A stretch of 63,959 bases of DNA, the filler included, from Octopus bimaculoides (taxonomy: Eukaryota): NCBI RefSeq assembly GCF_001194135.2. It is 5 parts of 5 records of this genome, joined end to end, with 100 filler letters (N's around TTAATTAATTAA, not from the genome) between each part and the next. Parts side by side here need not be neighbours in the genome. Positions count along the whole stretch, not along the records: positions 26,179 to 57,004 come from NC_068982.1; positions 57,105 to 60,352 come from NW_026330322.1; positions 60,453 to 63,959 come from NC_068991.1; 2 more parts are not named here. One strand, given 5' to 3'. A program made the position numbers and the translations under genes. This document shows, piece after piece, positions 49,132 through 61,963 of this stretch (position 1 is its first letter; each line of letters opens with the position of its first letter). The notes beneath the pieces were generated by a model. The model ran no database searches, had not been told where the DNA came from, and was given only the letters and a program-made list of their open reading frames with translations.

Positions 49132-50004
49132 ATGGTAAATATATTCCACACAATTCAAGCGGTATGGGAAGAAAAAAAAGAACAGAAAACGCGTTTTTCC
49201 TTTTATGTTTCAGTGAATTAATTCCAAAGTTTATTCTTACAGTAAAATAATTTCGAAATAAAATAGGCGTTGAAAAACAGATTATCATAATCAAGTTCTT
49301 TCAGATGTCGTTATTACATATTCCGAAATATCATATCACATCCAGAATACATTATTATAATCAAATCATTCCATGATTATGGATTCTAAACTAAATTACC
49401 TTATTAAACTCTTCAACTTCCATATCTATAAAATTTCCTTCTAGTTTCTTAAATAATTCTATATTCATTTCTTCATCAGTTGTCTTATATTTTTTTCTTC
49501 ATTTGTCTTTGTTCTTAATCTTAATAGTTCTAAATCCATTCCCATTTTATCTAGATATATTCTTTCTCAGCGTTGCCTTGTTCTGGATAATTTTCTATTG
49601 GTTTGATTTGAAATTTTCTTCGAAGAATTATTGGTATTGAATTCATCCACCTTTAATAGAAAAAGGCAGTTCAAGCTTTCATTTTACCTGAAACATACCC
49701 ATGAACAGACCCCATTTTTGAAATGAATAAATTGTTCCTTTATCTCTTGCGTCTGGATTTTTTGCGCCTATTCTCTTTTATTGTCTTAGATGCAAGTTTA
49801 TTACCTGAAATGTTAGAATCTGTTGTATTTCGTTACATAGATCTTCTGTGTTATTGTTCCATTCCTTGGTTTTATTAATCTATGCTCCTTTGGGCATTAG
49901 CTTTCGCTTGATTAACTCTGCATAGATCATTTTTCTTTGGTTACATCTTCCCCTTAAATTTTATGTGTGTTATTTGTGTTATTTTTTACCAATGTATACG
50001 CACG

Positions 50005-50054
<50 letters not shown>

Positions 50055-50072
50055 AGTGTGTGAGTGTGTGAG

Positions 50073-50122
<50 letters not shown>

Positions 50123-50153
50123 TGTGTGTGCGTGTGTGTGTTTTCCCTTTCAG

Positions 50154-50283
50154 TCATTCAGATAATGACTTTTCTTATAACGAAAGTTTAAATTTTGATT
50201 AATAATTTTTGGGGCTTTCTATACGATGGTATCACGTTTGCTAACGACCACTTTACTATTAAGTGTTTGCGCAGCAGACGTCG
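50154..50283 (+). CDS. Candidate first coding exon with signal peptide (ATG 50226)
   Basis: Acceptor ttttccctttCAG at 50153; ATG in context tacgATGG; encodes MVSRLLTTTLLLSVCAADV; tandem donors G|GTAGGT (50284) and AG|GTATGT (50288). Confidence 0.35.
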
Positions 50284-50809
50284 GTAGGTATGTTTCTACA
50301 GTCATTCTCTTACATCATTGCACCTATCTTTCACGAACATCTCACACACTTCTCCGATCATTCTCATATTTATAATAACGTTTAGCTTCTGCGTCACTAA
50401 CTAGATTTTAATGAGACTGAAAAATCGCTCGGAATTATAACCTTGCTGAGACGCAACAGAATTACTTCCCGCAAGAGTTTATACTTGATTATATTCCATT
50501 ACAATTTCTGTGTTCTCTCCGCTTTCTTTCCTGATCAGAATACATTCTTAAAGTAGTGATGGTTCTCATCATTAAACGGGAAATGTTCACTTAATTGGAG
50601 CTTTTTGGCTGATAACACAAGCCCACTTGTGCGCCATTGTAAAATGTTTTCAGCCATTCTTGCTCTTTCTCTCTCTCCTCCCTCTAGCTCTTTCTCCCTG
50701 TCTTTCCCTCGCTCACACGCATGCAATATATATCTCCCACTGTGGTTAATACAATGTAACTTTACAATTACCACTTTGTTCCTTCATCCCACACATCTTC
50801 ACATGACAG

Positions 50810-50895
50810 ACAGTTTTTCTCAAATGTTCACGGGAGGAGATGAATTGCGCCTTCTGACATTTTCCAAGAGTTCATTGACAAACTTCAGTGACAAA
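50810..50895 (+). CDS. Candidate second exon of the putative secreted protein
   Basis: Pyrimidine-rich acceptor region ending ACAG|ACAG, phase-compatible with the 50283 donor; only one open frame (DSFSQMFTGGDELRLLTFSKSSLTNFSDK); donor AAA|GTAAGA. Confidence 0.33.
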
Positions 50896-52049
50896 GTAAG
50901 AAATGCTGCTTTTTATTATGAATGATGATGCCAATTTCTGAATTAGGCCGTATATGTTGTTCCACATTTGTCAAGTATGGATATAATTTGTTGAATATAC
51001 GCAGCTGATGCCTCTTTGGTTTTTGCAGAGAAGACGATCAGGGTAGCTTTGGTGATATCAAAATGACTGAATAAATGAAAATATATATAGCTCAGCATTT
51101 TACTGCTTTTGCTGCTTCACGAACTTGGAAGTGATTTATATTTTCTCTATTTTGTGAATAGGCAGAAGGCCAAGATTTCTAGTGTGTGTGTATAGTTGAT
51201 GGAGCCAACATGGCTGGTCTTTAAGATATGCACTGAGAAGAGGTGATAAACAGCGTCAACCTTCGAAGCATTTGAACTCAAGACAAAAATCGGATCATGG
51301 AGGATTAGTTTGACATTTAGAACTGCAAATCTAGCGTTTTGCTTCTTCAGCCTCTGAACAATTTATCACGCATCAGTTTTAAAACTGTAATTATTATTGT
51401 TAGTGGAAATTTGGGAAGACAATAAATATTCCAAAAGTGACACATTTACACTTTAGGAATTGCACTCTTCATGTAGATTCCAAAAGGTACAACCAGTGCG
51501 ATCTATGTATTGTTTTGGTTATTTCCAAAAATTTCTGGTTCTATAGATAGATGTGATTTGGCTGGATGACAGAGGGGTTTCGATTCATCTATTCTCATTG
51601 AAACTACGCGAGGCAGTCGATTGTAAACAGATATAATCGGTCCGTATTATTTCAAACAATGATTTTCTTTTCCTTAAATAATCAGAACTACTAAAAACGT
51701 ATTAAAAATTGTAATTTCTTTTTTCATTCGCTTATCGTTTGGTTCTAATTCTATTTGTTTGTTTTGGATTGATTATCTAGCATACAAACTAAGAACATGC
51801 AGACGACGAATAAAAAAATTGAAATAATAACTGACAATCATCCTCAAACATGCATACATCTTTAATGTACTCTCTCACATACATGTACATGTGTGCATGC
51901 ATATATACATATATACATATTTACCTACATACATATATTTATATATGTATATATATGTATATAAATATACATATTGAGTTATATAAAAATCAACGGACAT
52001 GCAGTACATGACTAGCATGTCTGGACTGCACGCTAGCCACTAAACCTTT

Positions 52050-52205
52050 TTTATTTCCCCTCTCTGCTTATTTCTGTGTTCCTTTCTGTGGAAGAGCGTA
52101 GGCTCGAAACGTAAAAGACTTGCAATGCCCGAGCGTTAAACTAATACATGTGTTTGTTGTTTACACACCCGTCTTCGCGTTTTGTATTGTTTTTGTTTCA
52201 CAGTC
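52050..52205 (+). ncRNA. Repeat carrying a minimal hammerhead-ribozyme-like motif (copy 2)
   Basis: CUUU-CUGUGGA-A-GAGC(guag)GCUC-GAAA-C-GUA-AAAG at 52082-52117, followed by cccgagcgttaaactaataca...cgtcttcgcgttttg as in copy 1. Confidence 0.5.
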
Positions 52206-52235
52206 AATACTCTCTTTTGCTTCGGGTTACAGAGC

Positions 52236-52288
<53 letters not shown>

Positions 52289-52724
52289 GCTGTCTATCTA
52301 TCTATCTATCTCTATCTTTATATGTGTATGTGTGTATGTATGTGTGTGCATATACATGCATACATACATACATACATACACACATACATACGTACACACA
52401 TATATATNNNNNNNNNNNNNNNNNNNNNNNNNNNNNNNNNNNNNNNNNNNNNNNNNNNNNNNNNNNNNNNNNNNNNNNNNNNNNNNNNNNNNNNNNNNNN
52501 NNNNNNNNNNNNNNNNNNNNNNNNNNNNNNNNNNNNNNNNNNNNNNNNNNNNNNNNNNNNNNNNNNNNNNNNNNNNNNNNNNNNNNNNNNNNNNNNNNNN
52601 NNNNNNNNNNNNNNNNNNNNNNNNNNNNNNNNNNNNNNNNNNNNNNNNNNNNNNNNNNNNNNNNNNNNNNNNNNNNNNNNNNNNNNNNNNNNNNNNNNNN
52701 NNNNNNNNNNNNNNNNNNNNNNNN

Positions 52725-52756
<32 letters not shown>

Positions 52757-53478
52757 TAGTATTCCTTCTATGCTAATAGTGACTACGAAGCCGTACAGGT
52801 CGGGGGGTTTTTATCATTAGCAAACTTGATATTTTAAGGACCAAGGAAATGACTGAAATATATATCCCCATTATCAAAGGTAGATGAAACCAATTGAAAT
52901 GCTGAGAGTACAAGTCAAAGTATTTCCAGATTCTCCGTCAAGTTAAATACGTAATATTTATTCAGTTTCGAATATTAATCTTTGTTACGTTATACAACCA
53001 ACTATGAAAAAAAAAATAGAAGCAAGCTATTAATGATAGATATCCTATGATGGTGATTTGTCAATCTGTGATTCGGTAAATATAAGCAAACGTTCTTGTA
53101 CAAAGTTTATATGAATGCTATTAACGTATAGATTATTAATTATAATTATTACGTTCACATAAGACATACCATCCAAACAAATTTGTCCTAATAGATTGCA
53201 TTCCTTTCAAATATTTCGCTTTCTGCGGACCCATTTTGTCTGCGATGCTCAAACTAACATTGATATTAAGCAGCCATATTTATTCATATTGACAGCAGTA
53301 ATCTATTGTTATGTTTCCAACTCAATTACAAAATCCAAGCATTAATAGGGAAAATCTGATCAACATTAAAATCACCATTTGCTTTTCTTTAAAAATGATC
53401 CAATCAAAATTGTTATCTAAAAGGTCTACTGAGAATTACATCTCTATAAGTAAATAAATATGCGCGCACATGTGTGTA

Positions 53479-53523
<45 letters not shown>

Positions 53524-53544
53524 ATATATGTGGGGGTGGGGTGG

Positions 53545-53642
53545 AGGCGCAATGGTCCGGTGGCTTGGGCAGCGCACTCACGGTCATAGGATCACGGTTT
53601 CGATTCCCAAACCGGGCGTTGTGAGTGTTTATTGAGCGAAAA
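53545..53642 (+). mobile_element. SINE family C, head only
   Basis: gaggcgcaatggtccggtggcttgggcagcg...ggtttcgattcccaaaccgggcgttgtgagtgtttattgagcgaaaa. Confidence 0.82.
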
Positions 53643-54004
53643 TTTATCAGCCAGAAAATAAATGACACCGACTGTTTTATTTTATTAGCCGTACGAATAT
53701 GTCAATTATATTTATATATTTATGATAAATTTGGAAGTTTGAGCGGCTTGATTCCTTATTTCTTATTAAAGGAAATATAAGATGTCGTAAAAATGGAATA
53801 ATTGTCTGGAGAAAAGTCTTGACCAAACAAGATTTTATGACATATGCATACTTCTATTAGTCAAGATAATTTCTGACGCATGAAGTTCTTGTTTCTTAAG
53901 CGAGATCAGAATAACTTCGAAGAAGCAAATGTTGATCAAATGTTAGTTCAGATGAAGTCTATATCCGACAAATGAGCTTTAATATATTTTGAAAGTTTAG
54001 ACGG

Positions 54005-54205
54005 TGAGATGGCAGAATCGTTAGCACGCTAGGCAAAAATGCTGATCGGCATTTCATCTGTCTTCACGATCTGAATTCAAATTCTGTCCACGTCGACTTT
54101 GCATTTCAGCCTTTTTTAGAATCGATAACATAAGTACATGTTGAGTAATCGATGTAATCGACTTAACCCTTCTCCCAAAAGTGCTGGCCTTGTCACAAAA
54201 TTTTA
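54005..54205 (+). mobile_element. SINE family B
   Basis: gtgagatggcagaatcgttagcacgc...gaattcaaattctg...gtcgactttgc...gctggccttgtc. Confidence 0.8.
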
Positions 54206-55065
54206 AACCAATATATTTCGAAAGTTGCTTGTCATTCTATTTAACCATAAGCTACATTGCAAATAATGTAAGTTATATATGGCTGTAAATTATATATGAC
54301 GAATGGGTATAGTTAATATTTAAATGATGTATCTGTTTTCTTAAAGATGAAATCAAATGTAAACTTCAGCAGGATTTGATCACAGATGATCTAGAGACTT
54401 AACTAAACAGCACAAAATAGTTTGAATGACGGCTCTACATAGTCTATCACCCATCTCCCTTTTGAATATTTTAATAATAATAGAGAAACCTATGAAAGAG
54501 CTGCATGCCGAATAGGCTCCTGCGCTGTTACTTGTTTCATTAACATATGCTGACAACGATTGTTTTTATTCTTAAATAATTATCAGGAAATGCATCTGTC
54601 TTTGTGGTATGCATTTCAATTACTCTAAGCGAGATTAAAAACTGTTAGCATACGCAAGACTCTAGAGTAACAAGAGACAATTAATTGTGCCTAAACGTTG
54701 ATAAATGACCCCCTATAAAGTCATGTTTAATTGTATTGATGCATATTGATTGTAATTAAAGCTGGTTTGCCTCGAGGTCTTCTCGCCAGTATTATTTTGT
54801 TATGATAAATGGCTAACGGAACGCTTATAAATATGCATAAATACCACTCCCACAGAAACTGTTTTGCTTGTTAAGTTTACTGAATATCTCAAAGATATCT
54901 GGTTACACATAAGAATATAATCTTATGTTTGTTATAAAACAAAAGGCTAAGGTAAGACTTCATACATATTCTTCCCTGGGTTTCCTTCTGTATTGTATAT
55001 ATGCTTTTATAAGACATACAAACAAACAAATAAAAACGTAAGAAAAACACTACGGCAACACCAGT

Positions 55066-55451
55066 TGTTGTTGTTGGCACTCTGTCGCTTACGACGTCGA
55101 GGGTTCCAGTTGATCCGATCAACGGAACAGCCTGCCCGTGAAATTAACGTGCAAGTGGCTGAGCATTCCACAGACATGTGTACCCTTAACGTAGTTCTCG
55201 GGGATATTCAGCGTGACACAGTGTGACAAGGCTGACCCTTTGAATTACAGGCACAACAGAAACAGGAAGTAAGAGTGAGAGAAAGTTGGGATGGAAGAGT
55301 ACAGCAGGGTTCACCATCATCTCCTGCCGGAGCCTCGTGGAGCTTTAGGTGTTTTCGCTCAATAAACACTCACAATGCCCGGTCTGGGAATCGAAACCGT
55401 GATTCTATGACCGCGAGTCCGCTGCCCTAACCACTGGGCCATTGCGCCTCC
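55066..55451 (-). mobile_element. SINE family C, full length with 14-bp TSD
   Basis: TSD ACGGCAACACCAGT at 55052-55065 and 55452-55465; (gtt)n tail; head (rc) ggaggcgcaatggcccagtggttagggcagcggactcgcgg. Confidence 0.95.
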
Positions 55452-55844
55452 ACGGCAACACCAGTAATAAACAGAAAACAACAGTTATTAAAATTATAAG
55501 TAATTCACCTCTGAAAGAAAACCGATGTGAACGTTTAAATGCCATCTCAGTCAAACTTGCGATCACACGGTGGTAGAAATATGATCATAGTGTAAGAATG
55601 TTATGTAACCGCTTAATAAGGATCACAACATTATATACAATGCGAACATTATCACTGCTACGCATAAAACAATATACGAAGGATCTGTATAAACGGAATT
55701 CTATTCACCCTCCTTTCTGTCAATAACACTGCGCACGGCTATACAATATAAAAGCAGCATTAGAAATAAGCTTTGAAAACCCGAGCCGCGATAGATACAG
55801 AAGTAGACAGATCGATATTAAACCAATTCCGCTCAATTCTTTCG

Positions 55845-55955
55845 ACTATAGGCACAAGGCATGAAATTCTGGAGGTGGGAGTCAGTTGATTGCATAAACA
55901 AACGTCAGTGCTCAACTGGTACTTATTTCATCGACCTCGAAAGGCTGAAAAGCCA
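55845..55955 (-). mobile_element. SINE family B, 3' fragment
   Basis: ataggcacaaggcatgaaattctggagg...caactggtacttatttcatcgacctcgaaagg. Confidence 0.7.
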
Positions 55956-56068
55956 CTTTCAATACAGTAAACATAAGAGCACCACAGCAAACCACAGCAC
56001 ATACCCAAGGCGCACAGAGCTGCGCTCGGTAGTGAAGTGAAAGCACGTTATAAAAATAAAACTACTCA

Positions 56069-56070
56069 AC

Positions 56071-56120
<50 letters not shown>

Positions 56121-56209
56121 TAATAATAATAATAATGATGATAATAATAATAATAATGATGATAATAATAATAATAATAATAATGATAATAATAATAATA
56201 ATAATGATG

Positions 56210-56252
<43 letters not shown>

Positions 56253-56281
56253 TAATAATAATAATAATGATAATAATAATG

Positions 56282-56338
<57 letters not shown>

Positions 56339-56400
56339 GAAGAAGAAGAAGAAGAAGAAGAAGAAGAAGAAGAAGAAGAAGAAGAAGAAGAAGAAGAAGA
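56069..56400. repeat. (AAT)n with ATG interruptions followed by (GAA)n
   Basis: Direct inspection. Confidence 0.97.
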
Positions 56401-56404
56401 ATAG

Positions 56405-56795
56405 GATCAAACAGACGGCAAACAAAAGAATGGGCAGAAACAAATTTAGGAGCAGTGGGGCCAGAAGACTCAGCATGGACAGAATATACTTCGAAGCCGA
56501 AATGCTGATGTAGACCAAGCAAGAACCCACAAGTGAGGACTGAAAGCAGAGACTGAAAGTTTCATAATGGCGGTACAAGATCATAGCTTGCCTACCAAAA
56601 ACTACTAGACTAACATTCTGCAAAACGGTTCTGACCCTAAATGCAGATTCTGCGAAATATTTTATGAAACAATTGACCACCCCGTCTCGGGATGTCTTGT
56701 GCTAACACCAATCGAATACAAAAATCGCTACGAAAGCGTAGGACAGTATTTACATTGGAAAATATGGAAACACTACAAATATCAACACTTCAGCT
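56405..56795 (+). mobile_element. R4/Dong-like fragment with CCHC motif, between (TAA)n arrays
   Basis: GLKAETESFIMAVQDHSLPTKNY..ILQNGSDPKCRFCEIFYETIDHPVSGCLVLTPIEYKNRYESVGQYLHWKI. Confidence 0.85.
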
Positions 56796-56804
56796 TAATA
56801 ATTG

Positions 56805-56859
<55 letters not shown>

Positions 56860-56860
<1 letters not shown>

Positions 56861-57004
56861 TGCTAAAAACAAGATAATGGGTATCAACACTTTAGCTGTC
56901 CCAGTTATAAGCTACAGCTACAACATCCTTAACTGGACACTAAACGAACTATGTAAAATAGACAGGAAAACAAGAAAAATAATGACAGGATATAGGATGC
57001 ACCA
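56860..57004 (+). mobile_element. R4/Dong-like RT C-terminal fragment starting at a (TAA)n array
   Basis: AKNKIMGINTLAVPVISYSYNILNWTLNELCKIDRKTRKIMTGYRMH. Confidence 0.85.
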
Positions 57005-57104
57005 NNNNNNNNNNNNNNNNNNNNNNNNNNNNNNNNNNNNNNNNNNNNTTAATTAATTAANNNNNNNNNNNNNNNNNNNNNNNNNNNNNNNNNNNNNNNN
57101 NNNN

Positions 57105-57149
<45 letters not shown>

Positions 57150-57525
57150 ATTCAGATAAGTATCATTATCTATAAAAGTAATGGTAGAGTGGCCAGCAAA
57201 CACAATCCAAATAAGCAAAATATATAACAAAAAGTCAGGCTACAATATATAACTGTTTGCTTGAAAGATGAGTTAATAAGACCCTCCAAACCACGCATCT
57301 CTCACTATCTTTAAACTCGCACGGAGAATGTAGCAACTATATTTCTCCGAAACAGTCCTCCCACTCTGTCGAACCAACACTTAAAGCTAATCAGCTAGGC
57401 TTACTACATAAACTACTAAAAAAAACATATGATGTAATTTGCTCAAATTTAAATGTTTTACTATAAAATCAAATATTTGCGTCGTCATTTTTCTTTTAAA
57501 ATAAAAAGCTTTGTAGTCATAAAAC

Positions 57526-57790
57526 TTACGCGCTCAGTGCAGACCACCGGTTCTCTTGCAACCAGTATCGAGTGCATCTGGAGCCGGACTTCTGTATAGT
57601 ATGTGCATTCCAGCATGCTAACTTATGGTTAGCTGATTTTATTCCTTTTTCCTGTTTTTTTTTTGCACTCCTGTTGTTTTTCCCTTTATTTTCACTTTTA
57701 TTTTCATTATTTTTCCTTCTCAACCACTTTAAGTGAGAGGCCCGTTGACCACGGCGAGCCAACCGGATCGGACCCAGAGGCACGCATTTT
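57526..57790 (-). mobile_element. RTE/BovB-like LINE 5' ORF start
   Basis: RLARRGQRASHLKWLRRKNN...HKLACWNAHTIQKSGSR resembles the RTE APE N-terminus (LACWNVRT). Confidence 0.6.
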
Positions 57791-58240
57791 TAGGTTATGT
57801 TTATTAATCCCGTCTTCATTGAGAACAAGCAGTTCTACTCCTAAAGAACGCTGCTTGATTATTCAGGATGTTACTGACTGTAACCTTTGTCTTAGGTCAG
57901 CGTGGTTTTCTTCCTGCCTGCTCTTGGTAGTTTTGAAGCGGGAGTCTGTCCACACAATATGATCCCCACCCTTCAGGCTTGTAAGTCTGTGTGCAGTGGC
58001 CCATCGGGCTAAGACGTCTACGATGACTAGCTAGCTGTACGTTTATACTGGAGTGGCTTTCACCCATGCAGATTGTCCTGAAGAGCTGGAGAATTCCACC
58101 AAACTTGATTTCACTGACGGCCACTAAATCTACACTTATTGACCTGAGGTCGGTAATTAGATAGCATTGTGTCCAAGGCAATCCCAGGCATCGTGCATTT
58201 ATACTGCCTGTCCTAAGAAATGCAATGTCAAAAGGAAAAG
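57790..58240 (-). mobile_element. L1/Tx1-like AP-endonuclease fragment
   Basis: LRTGSINARCLGLP..QCYLITDLRSISVDLVAVSEIK...NNQAAFFRS (N-terminal S-N-RGL and D-----E motifs). Confidence 0.55.
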
Positions 58241-59125
58241 ATGCGGGAAACGTTACTTTGATTTTGTTGGTGAAGTGGGGGTAGATATTCCGTTCTCATG
58301 GTAGATATTCCGTTCTCATACAATATTTTGATATTTCTCCTGGAGAGCCCTACTCCTTCAGGATATTTGGTTTTTATAGTGCTGTATGTGCTTTGTGATG
58401 TGAGGATGACTTTTATGTTTGTTGGTATGTTGTTTGTTCGCGTGATAAAATCGGTGTGTAATTCCTGTATGTTCCATAGTTTATTGTTCGTGTTTATTGC
58501 TGTGTAGTTAATAACGTTTCAATTTTACTGGTGTTGGGGTGTGTGATCTGAGAGCTGTGTGTGTGAAGTGGAGTGTGCCTGTGATGGTGGTGCGTGCGAT
58601 AGTGATGATGTTCTTGTTGACTACTCTCCCCGCTTTGATCATACCTGCCAAACTTTTGTGTTGCTCTCAGTGTCCTTATTTCTTTTTCTTTCGTTGACCT
58701 GCTAGCTTTTTGTCATTTAGGCTCTGAGTCGCCCCCTCACCACTGGATAAGTCTGACTCATCTGAATGGGGCGTGACATGTCTTGTGGAGATTTTGCTGT
58801 TGTTCTGTTGATAATTAACCAGCAAAGTCCAGCTAGTTAATTTCTTTCAATACCCACCGTTTCCCTGAATATATTGTGGCTCTAGAACACCAGCATGAAA
58901 CCTCCTCCGACCACATTGCCTGACGGCAGAGGACTGCAGTGCTTGATGATCGTCGAGGTACCGGTCATTTTGCTTCTATCTACGAGGACTGCAGCTATGC
59001 CAAAGAGACAAGCTGTAGAGACAAGCATGTCTAACAAAAAGTAACTACGACTATTCATAGTCAAGGAAACACTGGATATATCGTAGCCTCAGCAGAGTAG
59101 AGCGTTTCATCTCTCTCTCTATATG

Positions 59126-59175
<50 letters not shown>

Positions 59176-59409
59176 CAGATATACAAAATATATTTATATA
59201 CATACGTGCATGTATGCATTTATACATACATACACCCATACATCCATACAGCCATCCATCCGTCCGTCCATCCATACATATGTACGTACATACATACATT
59301 CATACGTACATACATGCATACATATATACATACTTACCTGCATACATACATACATACATATATACATACTTACCTACATACATACATACATACATACATA
59401 CATACATAC

Positions 59410-60350
59410 ACACAACTTGCAGAAGTTCCAGTGAGCATAGTCAAAGTCACCAGCTTGAAATTAAACACAAGGAGTGACTGTACTATCGCTGATAGAATAC
59501 AGTATCGCAAAGGCATATTCCAAGGAGACAAACTCTCTGTCATGTTGTTTCTACTTCCTGTAAACTCCTTGTCATTCATGTTAAGGAAGTATGAAGGATA
59601 TCTCACTGGTTCACAAGGAAACAGAAATACCAAAATTACACACTGTTTTTTAGTCGATGACTTGAGACAATATACAAATAATATGCACGAGATGAAAAAC
59701 GCCTTCACCAGGTTACAAAATTCTCAAAGGATATAGAGTTGGAGCTTGGTCAGGATAAATGGTGCTATATGGTTGTAAAAAGAGGGAAAACTGTAAACCA
59801 GACTAGCAATATCTCTATCAATGACTTAACTCGTTCCCCTATATCTGATGAGGAATGTTACAGGCATCTAGGTGTGAACGAAAACATATCTTACAAGGGC
59901 ACCTGTAACAAAACACGTTTCACTAAAGAATACTACAGCCGAATAAAGAAAATTTGAACCTTAGAAATCTCTGCATTCAATAAAACAGTGGCCCACAATG
60001 TGTTTGTAGTGCCAGTGCTCATATCAACATTTGGGCTGCTTGATCAGACGCTTGATGAGATCCGAGCCATAGATCTGAAAATCCGGAAGATACTAACGAG
60101 CACACATAATTTCCACATCAACAGTGACGTCGTAAACCGCCTGTATCTAAAACGAAAACAAAGGGACAGAGGCTTAGCATCGATCCAAATTGCCTTTGAA
60201 TGTCGTATCATATCCCTTCGGCAACATCTTTTAACCTCCAAGTGCCGAGGTGCATCCCTTGGCCAAGTTTGCATAAGACTTGAAAGGCAGATGGGATATG
60301 TAACACTGTCTAAATACCAATCTTGAGAAATTAAGCTTCTCAAAACCAGA
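59410..60350 (+). mobile_element. R4/Dong-like RT region, 5' truncated at a (CATA)n tract
   Basis: IQYRKGIFQGDKLSVMLFLL, KITHCFLVDDLRQY (catalytic DD), YRHLGVNEN, AHNVFVVPVLISTFGLLD, RLYLKRKQRDRGL. Confidence 0.88.
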
Positions 60351-61098
60351 AANNNNNNNNNNNNNNNNNNNNNNNNNNNNNNNNNNNNNNNNNNNNTTAA
60401 TTAATTAANNNNNNNNNNNNNNNNNNNNNNNNNNNNNNNNNNNNNNNNNNNNTACTGTTAATACTTCATTTAGAGAATTAACATTGCTTGTTTTCACCTT
60501 TTCAATATCAGTGAAGAATGCCACTGGAAAAGAAGATATAAGATTTGCCAGGTTTTTCTCTCTCACCAAGGTCATCAGCTGTCGAACGCCGACGAAGGGA
60601 AATAACCCTGAAATCCGGATACGTTCGTGCTGCTGGCAGTGGTGAGAGGGATAACTCCCTTGGCAAACAGGACACAGTCGTGTGTCGATAAGCCAGCTGG
60701 AGGAGATGTCCTCCTGGGGCTAAAAGCAACAGTAACATCCACCCCTAGGGGTCAGCCACACTTAAGTGGCAATATACTACACCATATATATAATGTTATA
60801 ATGAAAACCACAAGTCTTGTGAAATACAGCTAAAGTTGTTTTCATTATAGCATTATCTTTACTCTCTTAGCTGATCGAGTGCTACTCTACTTGTTGATGC
60901 CTCACCCCATGTATGTATGTATGTATATATTATGCATGTATATGCATAGTTAAATAACTGCACATGCACATACACACACACGCATACACACAAACATATA
61001 TACGGAAAAAGACAGAGAGGAAGAGACACAAAATACACGGAAAAATTGCTAGATAGATAGTTGCACAGGCATAATACCAAACAGACAAATAGATAAAG

Positions 61099-61141
<43 letters not shown>

Positions 61142-61150
61142 CAGACATAC

Positions 61151-61185
<35 letters not shown>

Positions 61186-61887
61186 GATAAAATAGATTAG
61201 ATTAGATTAAGATAACGACTGACAAAAAACTGGAAATGGACTTATATTATCGCAAGAGTCAGCAATGGCGCTAACGGAAGCGACATCAGAGGCAGCGGAA
61301 GTTCTAGTAGAATACATCCCCCTAACGCACACACTCTCCTCTCTCTCTCTCACAAACACACACACATACACGCACACATACAGATACATATATATTTATA
61401 AACATATGTGTACATTTTTTGCTCTTCTTAATCTTTCAGTTATACTCCAGTAATGGCGATGATCGCTCCGGTGGCTGCGTTTGTGGTGTCATCGGTGGTG
61501 GTCGTGGTGTTGTTTATTGATGATGTCTGTGTTAAGGGTTTCGAACGCAGCTGGTGGTAATTCTTTTGATATTTTTTTCTTATTGTTCGTTATTTAAGCA
61601 CCAAATCCTATTTGTACATCACACACACACACACAGGCACACACAAATACAAACACACACACACGACCAGAGTCACTCATATGTATATGTGTGTAGGTAT
61701 ATTGATTAGAAGACGTAAACGTGTAAATACTGTGTATTGATCTCTACATACGTACATCTATTCATACATACGTACATACATACACATACATTTATTCATA
61801 CATCATACATAATTATATACATACGTGCATACAAACACAAATGCAAACATATATATACACTGAACGCTCAACATCCAACCAGAGCAG

Positions 61888-61963
<76 letters not shown>

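Noticed and set aside
49280-49950. Purine-rich minus-strand protein-like sequence (possible LINE ORF remnant)
   Set aside because: Many stops and no identifiable domain.
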